64,000 bases of DNA, from positions 1 to 64,000 of the IMG/VR virus record IMGVR_UViG_3300033149_003801; one strand, given 5' to 3'. Origin of the DNA: a virus. Every line of letters starts with the position of its first letter. Position 1 is the first letter of the stretch. The notes below the pieces were generated by a model that saw nothing but the letters and a program-made list of their open reading frames with translations, ran no database searches and had not been told where the DNA came from. This document shows positions 26,557 through 36,630 of this stretch, in pieces. The position numbers and the translations under genes were made by a program.

Positions 26557-29500
26557 TTAAACTGGTTCACCCAATTTGTCAGCAATGAATTCTACCTCCA
26601 AGTTGACAGCTACTGGTTCTGCTGATGGATTGTTTCCATCGACAAGTGTAACCCTTTTTACTTTCAGCCCAAGCAGATCCCCCGTTGTAAGGGAGGCTAC
26701 CGGGATTGTCCCCTGTGCAGTTCTAACAAGTCGTTTGGCAACCGCAGGAATGTTCATATCACCGAAATCCACTGTTCCGGTATGAGTAGGAGCATCAACC
26801 GCTTCTGTGCCGTCTGACGGACAGGCACTCCAATCAATTTGCCAGCGAACCTCTCCGTTATTTGCCGCATACGCCTCGTCAATATACCAATAAAGTCTAA
26901 GCTTTAGATCCGTTACGGCGTCCCAGTCGTCTGGAATCTCCAAACTGGCTACCATCTCGTCGTTTATTGAAAAAGCCCACCCGTCATAGTTGCCCAGAAG
27001 CACCTCAGTTGCTCCAGATGCTCCAGGAGCAAACGAACTAGAATAGAATTGTACCTCTTTCCAAACCCTAGCATCTCCAACTAGGGTAACTGTCCCTGCA
27101 TCAGATACATTTAGATAATTTCCGCCGTCGATATCTCCCAGCTGTGCATCACCATATATAATGAGCGGCCCATACTCAGTCGTAGCTCGTTTAATGTCGT
27201 TTATACATCCAGAGAAAACAATGTTAGAGGCGTTCTCTAGCAAGGCCCCAGGGGAAAGGCTAACACCATTCTTGAATCCTTCAATGTAACACTGTCGGTT
27301 ACTCCCTGTGTAGACATATACATAGTTTGTTCCACGGTAGGTGTAGATACCGTTTAGTGTGGCGTTCGTAGAGATAAAGCACGTTCCGTGCATGTAAAGG
27401 TCGCCCACAGTCCATGAAGCAATCTTGTCTTTAACGTGAACCATGCACCCGATAAACGTTGTCTTCGCATAGGGACCTATATTTCGCACTCCAGAAGCAT
27501 CGGCAGTGCCGTACTCAGCATCAAGATAGCAAGCATCTAGGCGAATGAAACAATTGACAGACGCAAATGCTATGTATGCTTGACTTGCATGAGGCCGTAA
27601 GATAAGTCCTTGAAGGTACAGCTGTAATGCAGAGGCAGTGACCACATTCGTCTGCGTATTTTGTCCTTGTATAATGGTTGGGGCACAAAAGCTAACATAA
27701 CTAGTCGGAGCTGGACCAACTGCCCAAGCTGTAGTAACGTAGATTCGAGTAACTCCACCATCCACGTCATTGGATTCAATCGTGTACTCCTTGCCTTGTT
27801 CTGCACCATAGTTGAACCACAACATTCCACCAGCGAGAACGTTATCGGCAAAGCCCAAGTCAGCTCCCAACTTCAGCCAGCCGTGTCCTGTCCCACCGTC
27901 TAACCCTTGGGATCCAACAGCCTGCTCATAGGCATAAGCTTGAACGTCATTCGTAAAGTCCCATCCTTTGATGAACAAGTTTGCCGTTGCTGCGGTTTTG
28001 GCATTCAACACCAAGTCTTCTGCATAGGTTCCCTGGTCTACGCGAATTTCGATTTCATGCTGAATGCTATCAGGCGCTTCAAGAATAGCTTTACCAATCG
28101 TCGCCCAGGGTGCTCCTAGTGTTCCATCTCCGGTATCATCGTTACCACTGCTTGTAGACACATAAAAGTTAACTGCAGCGTTCGTCCGACCCATGACTGC
28201 CCCGCCTGCGAACCCAAACCTGCCCATGTACATCTCAAGATCAGCAGGGTCGATCATCAGAGCATCGTTTGTGCCCAAAGGACTGTCTTCACTGATCTTG
28301 AACATATCTGAGTCGTCGTTGTCGATGCCCACTACCCATGTTTGTCCCCCTGTGAGTAGGAATCGAAGAGCAGCATCCCCTGTACCGTCTTGTTCGATAC
28401 GCGCTGCTGCCTCAGTCTCAGCATTATCTTCATAAATGTGCAGATTTGTTAGTGGATCTACAAGACCTAAACCCATAGCACCACTAGTGTTCAATGCTAC
28501 CCTGACCGACCCTGCACCAAATACTCCATAGCAGAAATAATACCTATAAGAGTCTCCACTACCGGCCATACCTACTCTCCAGCCAGTGGAGCCTCCCAGG
28601 GCGTGCTCTGTGTATGAGTTGTTGGCAAGTGCTCCGGAATCCAAAACCAGTTTCACATCACTAGCTGCTGCTCCCTGAACCTCCAAATCTCCTGTTGGAC
28701 TGATCGTCCCAATACCAACATGGCCATCGGCTTGTACTGTCAATCTTGTTGTTGGGTTGTCTCCATCGGACCCATCATTGACCGCTAGAGAGAAGATTCC
28801 CTTTTGGTCATCGCTTGTTCCATCGTGAGCAAACTCCAAGATGCCCAGGGTAGTTTCTTCTCCGCCGGACTGTTCTCCCTTGAAGATAACTCGACCAGCT
28901 CGCCCATAATCCGTGTCTTCATGTGCGTTATTGTGGAGGGTGATGCGTGGTTCGTCCTTAGTGATTTCAATAGCAGTCGCTGGTGCAGATTCACCGAGAC
29001 CTAAAAAACCTTGGTGATCAAGTCGAGCAACTTCACGAACCGTTCCAGACATGTTTGCTGTGCCGAAGATCAAGTCAGCTGCAGTTCCTGCTACTCGGTT
29101 ATGGAACTCCATACCGACAAAACCGCCCCATGCAGGAGCATGAATAACATCTGTCTGGAACCACAGCGCTGCATTGTTGTGTTCCGTCTCATCCTCGTTC
29201 ATAAGTACAGCAACTTTAGCTGGATCATCGGGATCGGTTCCAGCCTCCTCCACGGCTACACCGAACCTCGCACGAGGGTCTAAGCCGTAATTGACCACTA
29301 CAAAGTCGTTCCCCAACATCAATGCCGGAAGGGCCTCATTTGTGTATATTCTGGTAACTATGTTCTGCTTGGCAAAATTGAGATCAATGCCTCCGTCCTG
29401 GACGTCCAAAAGCTCTCCGCCGGCGCCATTTACGGTCAGTCGGGGCCATAATGAGATCTGCCCTGCTGGAGCGATGGAGATGGCTGTATCTGTTTCCAAA

Positions 29501-31128
29501 GCAGCGTCAGCAGCAATTTTGAACTTGTCGTTGTCGCTGTTGTCTATACCTATTGTCCAGGACTGCCCGCCTGTGAGTAGAAATTCTATGCCAGTATCAC
29601 CAGTGCCGTCTTGCTCAAGGCGCACAGGTAGAGTTACATCAGCGTTGTCTTCATAAACATGAAGGTTAGTTGCCGGATCGGAGGTTCCTAATCCGAGCTC
29701 GTCTGTAAGGGTAGTGGGGTATAGCTCACCATTGGTAGCATCTCGCGTCCAAAGACCGGCGCCTCCTGGGAGATCTGCTGCAACAAGAGCGCGGAATGAT
29801 GGCGCAGCGGGGCCTCCAGCTGCAGGTCCGGCAAAGACCAAATTTGCATTTTGGTCGTCTAGGGAAATAACTTGTGCAGCCAGCCCAAGGAGATTTGCCG
29901 CTAAGTTAGCTCCTAAGGTCACAGCATCGTGATGATCATTCGCTGCTACGCCACCGAGGTCTCCATGCTGCAGTTCAGCAAAGGCAAAGGCATTTGCTCC
30001 AGAGGCTCGTAGAACATGGCCTACAGTCAGTCCTGCCCCTGTGTGAGGTCCAGTAGAGTCTATAACGTGAGCCTCGTTGTGGTGGTCGTCCGAAGTTATA
30101 TCGGTAAGCTCATCGTGTCCTACCTGTCCCCAAGCAGCATCTGTGCCATCAGATTTTAGTACCCTATCAGCCGCTCCAATGGTTAGCTCAGACCACTTGG
30201 GTGTGGCATTACCAACGATGATGCTTCCCTGGGATACTCCTGCAGCCAGGGTGTCCCCGTGGTAGGCACTTAAGATATCATGCGCAGATGGAGCTACTCC
30301 AGTGATTAATACGTCTGCTGCAGCAGTAAGCCTACCTGTAGCGTCTACAGTAAATGAAGGAACGTGTGTTGCGTCTCCATAAGTTCCAGCGCCCACGCCA
30401 GTTACGGGGAGGTCACCTGTGACTAAGGCTCTAAATGTAGGTTTGGCTGCACCTCCAGCTGTAGGACCAGCAAAAACTAAATTAGCCGCCTGTGCATCTA
30501 GGTCAAGTTCTTGCGTTGCAATAGCTAGAAGATTAGCATCTATGTCTGCATGGAGAGTAACAGGATCATGGTGGTCATCTGGGTTAATATTCTCAATTTC
30601 TGTTGGATCATTATGGTCCAATGGTAGAGTAACGGAACCAACGAATTCTGAATATCCAGAAGTCCCGCTAGTCATTGTACCTAGAAGCACAGCAACGGTA
30701 TCTGTCACTGCATCGGCTTTTGAGGTTACGGCAATACCAATGATTCCTAGTGGATCTTCATCTTCGAGGACTTTACCATACTTAGGTGTACTAGAGGTAA
30801 TTATAGTGTCTGTAGGAACAATCGCTGGCCCATCACAGATGATCTGCACTACTCCGGAGCCTGGAGGAAGACACTTGACGATTTCTCCATCGTCTCCTCC
30901 AATAAGCACGACCATAGGATTAGCTGCTCCAGGATATTCATAGACATCACCAGGCAGGACAACTGTTCTGTCATTTGATGGATCAACAACTACTACATCC
31001 CCGGAGATTAAAGTAGTGCCTGTATTATTTGTCATATTGACAGCAAGCATCTCACGGGGCTCAGCAAAAGAATTTCGCCCACGTATTCTGGAGATCTCTC
31101 TTGCTACTGCTCGACTAACTGGAGACAT
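26557..31128 (-). CDS. tail fibre / tailspike with internal duplications and a pectate-lyase-like beta-helix region
   Basis: 1523 aa, last large gene of the tail module. Repeated DDHH(D/N) segments and NLH(V/I)YEDNA...GIDN.D.D.FKI segments. YVSTSSGNDDTGDGTLGAPWATIGKAI...VDQGTYAE resembles right-handed beta-helix depolymerases. Confidence 0.85.
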   Translation of the reverse strand: MSPVSRAVAREISRIRGRNSFAEPREMLAVNMTNNTGTTLISGDVVVVDPSNDRTVVLPGDVYEYPGAANPMVVLIGGDDGEIVKCLPPGSGVVQIICDGPAIVPTDTIITSSTPKYGKVLEDEDPLGIIGIAVTSKADAVTDTVAVLLGTMTSGTSGYSEFVGSVTLPLDHNDPTEIENINPDDHHDPVTLHADIDANLLAIATQELDLDAQAANLVFAGPTAGGAAKPTFRALVTGDLPVTGVGAGTYGDATHVPSFTVDATGRLTAAADVLITGVAPSAHDILSAYHGDTLAAGVSQGSIIVGNATPKWSELTIGAADRVLKSDGTDAAWGQVGHDELTDITSDDHHNEAHVIDSTGPHTGAGLTVGHVLRASGANAFAFAELQHGDLGGVAANDHHDAVTLGANLAANLLGLAAQVISLDDQNANLVFAGPAAGGPAAPSFRALVAADLPGGAGLWTRDATNGELYPTTLTDELGLGTSDPATNLHVYEDNADVTLPVRLEQDGTGDTGIEFLLTGGQSWTIGIDNSDNDKFKIAADAALETDTAISIAPAGQISLWPRLTVNGAGGELLDVQDGGIDLNFAKQNIVTRIYTNEALPALMLGNDFVVVNYGLDPRARFGVAVEEAGTDPDDPAKVAVLMNEDETEHNNAALWFQTDVIHAPAWGGFVGMEFHNRVAGTAADLIFGTANMSGTVREVARLDHQGFLGLGESAPATAIEITKDEPRITLHNNAHEDTDYGRAGRVIFKGEQSGGEETTLGILEFAHDGTSDDQKGIFSLAVNDGSDGDNPTTRLTVQADGHVGIGTISPTGDLEVQGAAASDVKLVLDSGALANNSYTEHALGGSTGWRVGMAGSGDSYRYYFCYGVFGAGSVRVALNTSGAMGLGLVDPLTNLHIYEDNAETEAAARIEQDGTGDAALRFLLTGGQTWVVGIDNDDSDMFKISEDSPLGTNDALMIDPADLEMYMGRFGFAGGAVMGRTNAAVNFYVSTSSGNDDTGDGTLGAPWATIGKAILEAPDSIQHEIEIRVDQGTYAEDLVLNAKTAATANLFIKGWDFTNDVQAYAYEQAVGSQGLDGGTGHGWLKLGADLGFADNVLAGGMLWFNYGAEQGKEYTIESNDVDGGVTRIYVTTAWAVGPAPTSYVSFCAPTIIQGQNTQTNVVTASALQLYLQGLILRPHASQAYIAFASVNCFIRLDACYLDAEYGTADASGVRNIGPYAKTTFIGCMVHVKDKIASWTVGDLYMHGTCFISTNATLNGIYTYRGTNYVYVYTGSNRQCYIEGFKNGVSLSPGALLENASNIVFSGCINDIKRATTEYGPLIIYGDAQLGDIDGGNYLNVSDAGTVTLVGDARVWKEVQFYSSSFAPGASGATEVLLGNYDGWAFSINDEMVASLEIPDDWDAVTDLKLRLYWYIDEAYAANNGEVRWQIDWSACPSDGTEAVDAPTHTGTVDFGDMNIPAVAKRLVRTAQGTIPVASLTTGDLLGLKVKRVTLVDGNNPSAEPVAVNLEVEFIADKLGEPV
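28291..28473 (-). repeat. tail-fibre internal repeat B, copy 2
   Basis: GLGLVDPLTNLHIYEDNAET..RIEQDGTGDAALRFLLTGGQTWVVGIDNDDSDMFKIS (aa 886-946). Confidence 0.8.
29509..29697 (-). repeat. tail-fibre internal repeat B, copy 1
   Basis: LGLGTSDPATNLHVYEDNADV..RLEQDGTGDTGIEFLLTGGQSWTIGIDNSDNDKFKIA (aa 478-540). Confidence 0.8.
29767..29943 (-). repeat. tail-fibre internal repeat A, copy 2
   Basis: NDHHDAVTLGANLAANLL...NLVFAGPAAGG...FRALVAADLP. Confidence 0.8.
30406..30582 (-). repeat. tail-fibre internal repeat A, copy 1 (DDHHDPVTLHADIDANLL...NLVFAGPTAGG...FRALVTGDLP)
   Basis: aa 183-241, similar to aa 396-454. Confidence 0.8.
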
Positions 31129-32699
31129 CAGTAATCCTCTAATCTTGGGTAGATTAAAAAGGTAGGAGAGACGACATATCCCCTATCTTTGGCATCAAGA
31201 ATTTCGTGCACTTCTACGATGCGAACGTCATATACATTTCCATCGGGATATTCTGCTGTACAAATATCTCCCAAATTCCACCGGGATCCATAGCCTAGGA
31301 TTTCAAGCTCTGAAGCCAAATACCTGAGGGACCTTCGCATTCCGTGCTCTACATTATGTGCATCTCCACGGGCTTTTAGTGCTGCTAAAGATGTTTCTCT
31401 AGAGGCATCAATGAAACGTTCGATCCGATTCCAGGGGGAGTCTCCAGACCTACCGGCGATGTTCTCGCGCTCCTCAATGATCCTGTCAACTCCAATTCCG
31501 TCTCCACCAACATAGGTCACAGTTACTTCATCTAGCCTCTCTTCGCTGTATGTAGGGCGAACTATATTGCCTCTATCAATATTCCAGACCATCTCTGGCC
31601 AACCCTGTGTTCCTCCTCTGCGACGGTCTCGTCCCTTGAATGGATAGTGAACATCGAAGTCAATTTTATTTCCAGTCTGATAGAGCTCCCAGTCAGCACC
31701 CTCTCCGACATCAGCAAGATCATCTAACTCCTCGTGAAGCAAAGTATAGCGATAGTGCAGATTAAGCGGAACACCCAAGTTCTCCATTGGTGTGACTCGG
31801 ATTCGATACATCTCTCGATCTACATTAGCTCCAATGCCTGCATTGAGGAGGACTAGATAACGCATTGTATTCGTAAAGGGACCATTGTAACTAAAGAAAG
31901 CACGAGTCGCCGGAACAGGCAGGATGATCCTACGTTTCATTAGGTGTCGCAAATCTGGACCATTGGATTGAAACCATTGAGTTCCTGCTTCGTCATGCCA
32001 AATTTGAGTATTTCTATGGAGTCCCTCGAAAACGACCACGCTAGTTCCGTAGGATGTTAGTCTTCTAACCTGGATGATACGGTCCAAAGTAAAGTCCTCC
32101 ACAGGGAGGAGAGAGGCAGCTCCTTGGAGGGTATACCAACCATATCCATGATAAAGCTGGCCGTTTACTGCCCGAACGAACTCAACATGATCATAATCCT
32201 CAATGACGTGCAGGACCGTTCCATCATGGTCTAATAGTCGGATTTCATGGGGTCCATCGAAGTCCTCATAATAATCCGTAGTAGTGGGCGTAGCCAGGCG
32301 CATCTTAGCTTTGAGGTCAAAGCGCCGGGGGAGTAACTCTTCGATACGCGCTGCAAGCTCGAAATCAAGTTGCTTCGCCGCCGTATCTTTGATCCTTGCT
32401 TTCAGGACGATTGTATTAAATGCCGGATCTGATGTAGAGATACCTATAATATGCGAGGCGAGACCAAAATCCCCAGATTCACGATAAAAGGATTCTGCAT
32501 CTTCGCCCTCTCCAACGTCTACCTCAAGACCAAATTGAGAGATTCTCGGAACGGAATCTGATACTTCAACCTCCAGGCCGAACTGTGAGACTACCGGGAG
32601 AGAACCGGATACTTCAGCCTCGATAACTAGCTGAGTAAGATATGTAACAACTGTAACCTCAGCCTCGATAACCTGCTGAGTAATGCGCTTGCTGGTCAC
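31128..32699 (-). CDS. tail/baseplate structural protein with N-terminal ~16-aa tandem repeats
   Basis: 523 aa. ATGA-type overlap with the fibre gene. N-terminus has TQQVIEAEV / TQLVIEAEV / SQFGLEVEV / SQFGLEVDV. Confidence 0.6.
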   Translation of the reverse strand: MTSKRITQQVIEAEVTVVTYLTQLVIEAEVSGSLPVVSQFGLEVEVSDSVPRISQFGLEVDVGEGEDAESFYRESGDFGLASHIIGISTSDPAFNTIVLKARIKDTAAKQLDFELAARIEELLPRRFDLKAKMRLATPTTTDYYEDFDGPHEIRLLDHDGTVLHVIEDYDHVEFVRAVNGQLYHGYGWYTLQGAASLLPVEDFTLDRIIQVRRLTSYGTSVVVFEGLHRNTQIWHDEAGTQWFQSNGPDLRHLMKRRIILPVPATRAFFSYNGPFTNTMRYLVLLNAGIGANVDREMYRIRVTPMENLGVPLNLHYRYTLLHEELDDLADVGEGADWELYQTGNKIDFDVHYPFKGRDRRRGGTQGWPEMVWNIDRGNIVRPTYSEERLDEVTVTYVGGDGIGVDRIIEERENIAGRSGDSPWNRIERFIDASRETSLAALKARGDAHNVEHGMRRSLRYLASELEILGYGSRWNLGDICTAEYPDGNVYDVRIVEVHEILDAKDRGYVVSPTFLIYPRLEDY

Positions 32700-33742
32700 G
32701 ACACAGCCTCATAACCGAAAAACGTATTATTGAAAGTAGTTTTTGTCCAATCATCCCCCTGGGGGTTGTGTGCCAGCATTTGCTGATAATGACGATATGT
32801 TTCGTCTAGTGTTTTTGTTTCTCCTACGACTATAGAGCCATCAAGTGTCATGTAAGGGCGAATTTGTCCGGATCCAGCTACGGACAATTTGGCACGGGCA
32901 TTCCAAGAAACACAACCGTTGCGTATACCTGCAGCATAGGCCGGTAGCTTTTCAATGACATGTGCATCAACCTGTCCTACGGTGTCAGAAGCTACATATG
33001 TCGTATCATCGTCTGGCTCGCCATCATCAACGCGAGCCCAATTGCCATCAGGATAAGCACCAGCAGCAGGCACGGGAGTCCATTGCTCTAAGCCCGGAGG
33101 TGAAATAGGACGAAAACCTAAGATTTTTCCTGAACCACACCAGGCATTGTTCCCTCTGCCATCATCTACTGTATCATTGATTGCCACATCGTCTAAGTAG
33201 ATAGCTCTGAGATGCTGAGAATAAGGATATAGATACCAATATATTTGCTTGAAGTAAGTCCCCGTAGATTTTGTGTCTGCTGGGCCATAAGTAAACGCCA
33301 GCGCGCCATTTTTTCTGATCTCTACGAGGCCATCAGTATCATGGATCTTGATGTGGACTTCAATTCTTTCCCAAGATTCAGACCACCCAAGACTTCCTTG
33401 ACTCACACCAAGAATGTGTATCGCACCATTGTAATACCACTTGATAAGCTCTCCCCCAGCATCATCAAGGAACTTGACGTAACTACCGTGACTAATGTCG
33501 CCTGAGCGCTTTGTTAAAAATCGGATGTATACATCGGATGCTACACCCGCAGCACCAAGATCCAGTGTTATATAAGCCTTAGCATAAACATTATTGTCTG
33601 TATACAAATAGAGCCCTGCATTGGCAACAGAGCCAGTTAGATAGCCATAGTCATTGGAGATAACACAATCCCCCCAAAACGATCCAGGACTCAAAGAAGC
33701 AATGTCGAAGTGCTCAAATCCCGTTTGCCATATTCTAGCCAT
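32696..33742 (-). CDS. tail-module protein, paralog of 33745..34797
   Basis: Shared motifs YLDDVAINDT and DDGEPDDDTTYV. Confidence 0.65.
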   Translation of the reverse strand: MARIWQTGFEHFDIASLSPGSFWGDCVISNDYGYLTGSVANAGLYLYTDNNVYAKAYITLDLGAAGVASDVYIRFLTKRSGDISHGSYVKFLDDAGGELIKWYYNGAIHILGVSQGSLGWSESWERIEVHIKIHDTDGLVEIRKNGALAFTYGPADTKSTGTYFKQIYWYLYPYSQHLRAIYLDDVAINDTVDDGRGNNAWCGSGKILGFRPISPPGLEQWTPVPAAGAYPDGNWARVDDGEPDDDTTYVASDTVGQVDAHVIEKLPAYAAGIRNGCVSWNARAKLSVAGSGQIRPYMTLDGSIVVGETKTLDETYRHYQQMLAHNPQGDDWTKTTFNNTFFGYEAVS

Positions 33743-33744
33743 TA

Positions 33745-34797
33745 TTATGATCCCTCCCGAAAACCAAATCTGGAGTTGTTAATATCTTCTGCAGTCCAAA
33801 CACTATCTAATACTGGATTCTCATCCTCAATATGTTGAACACATTTATAATTAGTATCGCTTAGAGTAATGTTTGGTAATTCCTCCTCAAATACCCCATT
33901 ATGGTCAAAGAGCGGAGTCAGCTCCGTAACTCCAGGCATTGGAGTCTTTCCATATATCTCGAAGGCTACCGCCTTGACAATGGCCATTGAACTGATCCCA
34001 TGAACAGAGAGATCTTCCATATCATAGAGGTCCTTATCTAACACGTCGTCTGCTTGAACGTAGGTGGTATCGTCATCTGGAGGAACTTCATCAACGTCTT
34101 CATAGTTGTGCTCACCTGCTCCTGGAAAAGGATAGAACTGTTCACTTGATCCAGGACCATTTGGCCTAATCCAGTAGATTCCTCCCTCTCCAGGCCAGGA
34201 ATCATTGACACCGTTGTATGTATCATTGATTGCTATATCGTCATAATATACGTCACCTGCAATAGACGTCCCAAACATATTGCCGAAGGTCACTCTTCCC
34301 ACTGTGGGATCTGTTCCAAAATCCTGGCCCCAGGTCATCACGTCAGTAAGAGCTAGGTTAATCACCCCATCATACTTGACCGTTACCTTTCCATCGGGGT
34401 ACACATCAGACTGAGAGATGTCAACATAGATCTCTAAACGAAAGTACGATCCTGTAGGCATAGCACTGGCATTTCCAAGATTCGACCAAGCTGCTCCATC
34501 CCAGTAGTCTACATCACCGTCCTTGGTAATGTGAATATGCTTATTTCCTATGTCATCTTGTATTCCTAAAATTTCAGATGAATCTGAAATAGATCCGGAA
34601 ATGTAGACGTAGGCGCGGATATATATGTCTTGAGGTGGAGATTCCACTTGATGAAATGCCCAGTCATTACCATCTATCTCTAATGCATAGTCTCCAGTAC
34701 GTACATTAGCCGGAGTCGATGTCAATGCAGCACCAGAGTAGTCATCGAATATCGTTATAGATCCACTCTCCAAGCCGGTCATAAATACTCTGGACAT
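33745..34797 (-). CDS. tail-module protein, paralog of 32696..33742
   Basis: Shared motifs YYDDIAINDT and VDEVPPDDDTTYV. Confidence 0.65.
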   Translation of the reverse strand: MSRVFMTGLESGSITIFDDYSGAALTSTPANVRTGDYALEIDGNDWAFHQVESPPQDIYIRAYVYISGSISDSSEILGIQDDIGNKHIHITKDGDVDYWDGAAWSNLGNASAMPTGSYFRLEIYVDISQSDVYPDGKVTVKYDGVINLALTDVMTWGQDFGTDPTVGRVTFGNMFGTSIAGDVYYDDIAINDTYNGVNDSWPGEGGIYWIRPNGPGSSEQFYPFPGAGEHNYEDVDEVPPDDDTTYVQADDVLDKDLYDMEDLSVHGISSMAIVKAVAFEIYGKTPMPGVTELTPLFDHNGVFEEELPNITLSDTNYKCVQHIEDENPVLDSVWTAEDINNSRFGFREGS

Positions 34798-34799
34798 AT

Positions 34800-35297
34800 C
34801 TATGCCTCCTGATATTCATAATATACTGTCTCAGGAGTCCAATCCCCAGGAGTTGCCGATGCGTTGACATAAAGCTGAAACACCAGAAAGTCAGTGTATG
34901 GACTTATAGCGAGGTCAGCCAGATTGCGCACTGTCGCGTCCCATGTGCCTTTGCTACCCTCGACCGCTGAAGTAAAATCATTTACTGCTATTGTAGAAGG
35001 TTCATCGGTAGGTGCCGCTGCCGTACTTGTTGAACCATACTTAAGAACCGTGTTCTCTTGTACCTCACCGTCACCCCAAATCTTAAAATACCCAATCCAG
35101 TGGTCCGGATCTGCAGTGATGTGGGCTCGCAGCCATTTCTCATAGCTATAGTCCCCTACGATAATTGGATTAGCAATTCGATTTGTTGAGCTATATGCAC
35201 AGTTATCAGCACTACAGAGATCCACACCGCCAGTAATAGCTCCTCCATCGGAAAGTGGACTTCCTGTCCAGCAGTGTATTACAACAGTCGCAGCCAT
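34800..35297 (-). CDS. hypothetical tail-module protein
   Basis: ORF packed between tail genes. Confidence 0.55.
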   Translation of the reverse strand: MAATVVIHCWTGSPLSDGGAITGGVDLCSADNCAYSSTNRIANPIIVGDYSYEKWLRAHITADPDHWIGYFKIWGDGEVQENTVLKYGSTSTAAAPTDEPSTIAVNDFTSAVEGSKGTWDATVRNLADLAISPYTDFLVFQLYVNASATPGDWTPETVYYEYQEA

Positions 35298-35680
35298 TAT
35301 TTTCCACCTCCATAAATTTTTCCAGTCTCCAGATGTACAGAGCCGTCAGGATATACGCTAAGTACCTCAACGCGATCACTATCTTTCCACCCTAAGTGAT
35401 AAACAGCGAATTCCTTGTGTAATCTATTCTTGTCTCCTCCTATAATCACACCACTGGTTGTAATGTAATAGATAAATTGCTTCTCTCCATCGTACTCAAC
35501 ACGTACCGAAGGAAATTCTTTAGCATGATGTCTAGGGATTAGCTCTGCGTATCGTGCATTTGCGATGATATTCTTATACTTATTCATCCAGCCTTTTGCT
35601 TGGGGAGTACCTAGAGCGACAGTAAGCTCCCCAACAGCAGAGACGATGTGTATATCGTAAATATCCTTCCGTGCTCCCAT
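35297..35680 (-). CDS. hypothetical tail-module protein
   Basis: ORF packed between tail genes. Confidence 0.55.
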   Translation of the reverse strand: MGARKDIYDIHIVSAVGELTVALGTPQAKGWMNKYKNIIANARYAELIPRHHAKEFPSVRVEYDGEKQFIYYITTSGVIIGGDKNRLHKEFAVYHLGWKDSDRVEVLSVYPDGSVHLETGKIYGGGK

Positions 35681-35695
35681 ATTGCCCTCCTGATT

Positions 35696-36622
35696 TTATA
35701 TTCCAATCCAGCGATCATTGTAAACAACTTGCATAGAAGATGCAGCACCACAGCCGGTCGCAGAGATTCCGATAAAGTTATTGTACCAATTTGGATCACT
35801 CTGCAGGTCATGTAGTGCACGAAGCGGATGAAAGGCTAACCTAAAATCTGAAAACCTAGAATCATCTGACACAGAAACATTATCGCCTAAATCATCCACA
35901 GCCTGACGATTACCCCGATCTGTCGTGATAGTTACAGTTTCTCCCAATCCTAACGTAATGGAAAGAGATACTTTGGCTACCTCCGCATAGTTTGCAGTGT
36001 CGAGATCCCATCGGTATAACGTAACTGTTGGGTCTGTCATTGGACCTGTTAACGTAATAGTTGGGTAAGACCAAGAGCTTCCGTAGTTTTCTGCTGCAAA
36101 AATATATTCCCATGCAGGAATGACACTATTGTTGTTCGCCACAGGGTCTATCGTTGTTGTGTGCTGTTCTCCCCACCATATCGGATCTAAGGCTCTAAGG
36201 CGCACTCCAATTCGCTGATGTTTAGCACTTCCACTTGTACTAAGCCCTACATCGAACCCTGTGTCATAAACGACGTCATTTAGCCGATAAACATCACCGT
36301 TACTCATGGCGATTTCAAAAATAAATGGACCCAGTCTAGGATTTATGTGCTCCAGGAGTTCTTGACGAGCTCCATGACGACCATATGGAACAGTCGGACC
36401 CCAGAGCTTTTTCATAACTAGCGTGATTTGCACACTTCTAGGACGAATAACATTTCCCAAAAACGTCTCTCCATCCTGATCTGGAGCCCTAACTGAACGG
36501 GTTTCTACTGGAGGCATCCCAATCCCTTGGAGCTCTACTAATTGCACAGGGAGCTCCAAAACAAGCGCTGTGTCATATGCTGTTATAACTCTAAATAGCT
36601 CTGGATATATTGCATCTGGCAT
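35696..36622 (-). CDS. distal tail protein (Dit)-like
   Basis: Immediately follows the tape measure gene. The N-terminal pattern ...LQGIGMPPVETRSVRAPDQDGETFLG..IRPRSVQITL is typical of siphovirus tail-family proteins. Confidence 0.55.
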   Translation of the reverse strand: MPDAIYPELFRVITAYDTALVLELPVQLVELQGIGMPPVETRSVRAPDQDGETFLGNVIRPRSVQITLVMKKLWGPTVPYGRHGARQELLEHINPRLGPFIFEIAMSNGDVYRLNDVVYDTGFDVGLSTSGSAKHQRIGVRLRALDPIWWGEQHTTTIDPVANNNSVIPAWEYIFAAENYGSSWSYPTITLTGPMTDPTVTLYRWDLDTANYAEVAKVSLSITLGLGETVTITTDRGNRQAVDDLGDNVSVSDDSRFSDFRLAFHPLRALHDLQSDPNWYNNFIGISATGCGAASSMQVVYNDRWIGI

Positions 36623-36630
36623 TTAGTTAT

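Noticed and set aside
26576-30943. Many + strand ORFs (e.g. 29291..29656, 30419..30943) inside the tail-fibre gene, and similar ones inside the tape measure (37034..37600, 38297..38656), portal and protease genes
   Set aside because: They are antisense to long, motif-supported structural genes. Their composition is low-complexity S/P/A-rich, and they have no SD or neighbouring + strand genes.
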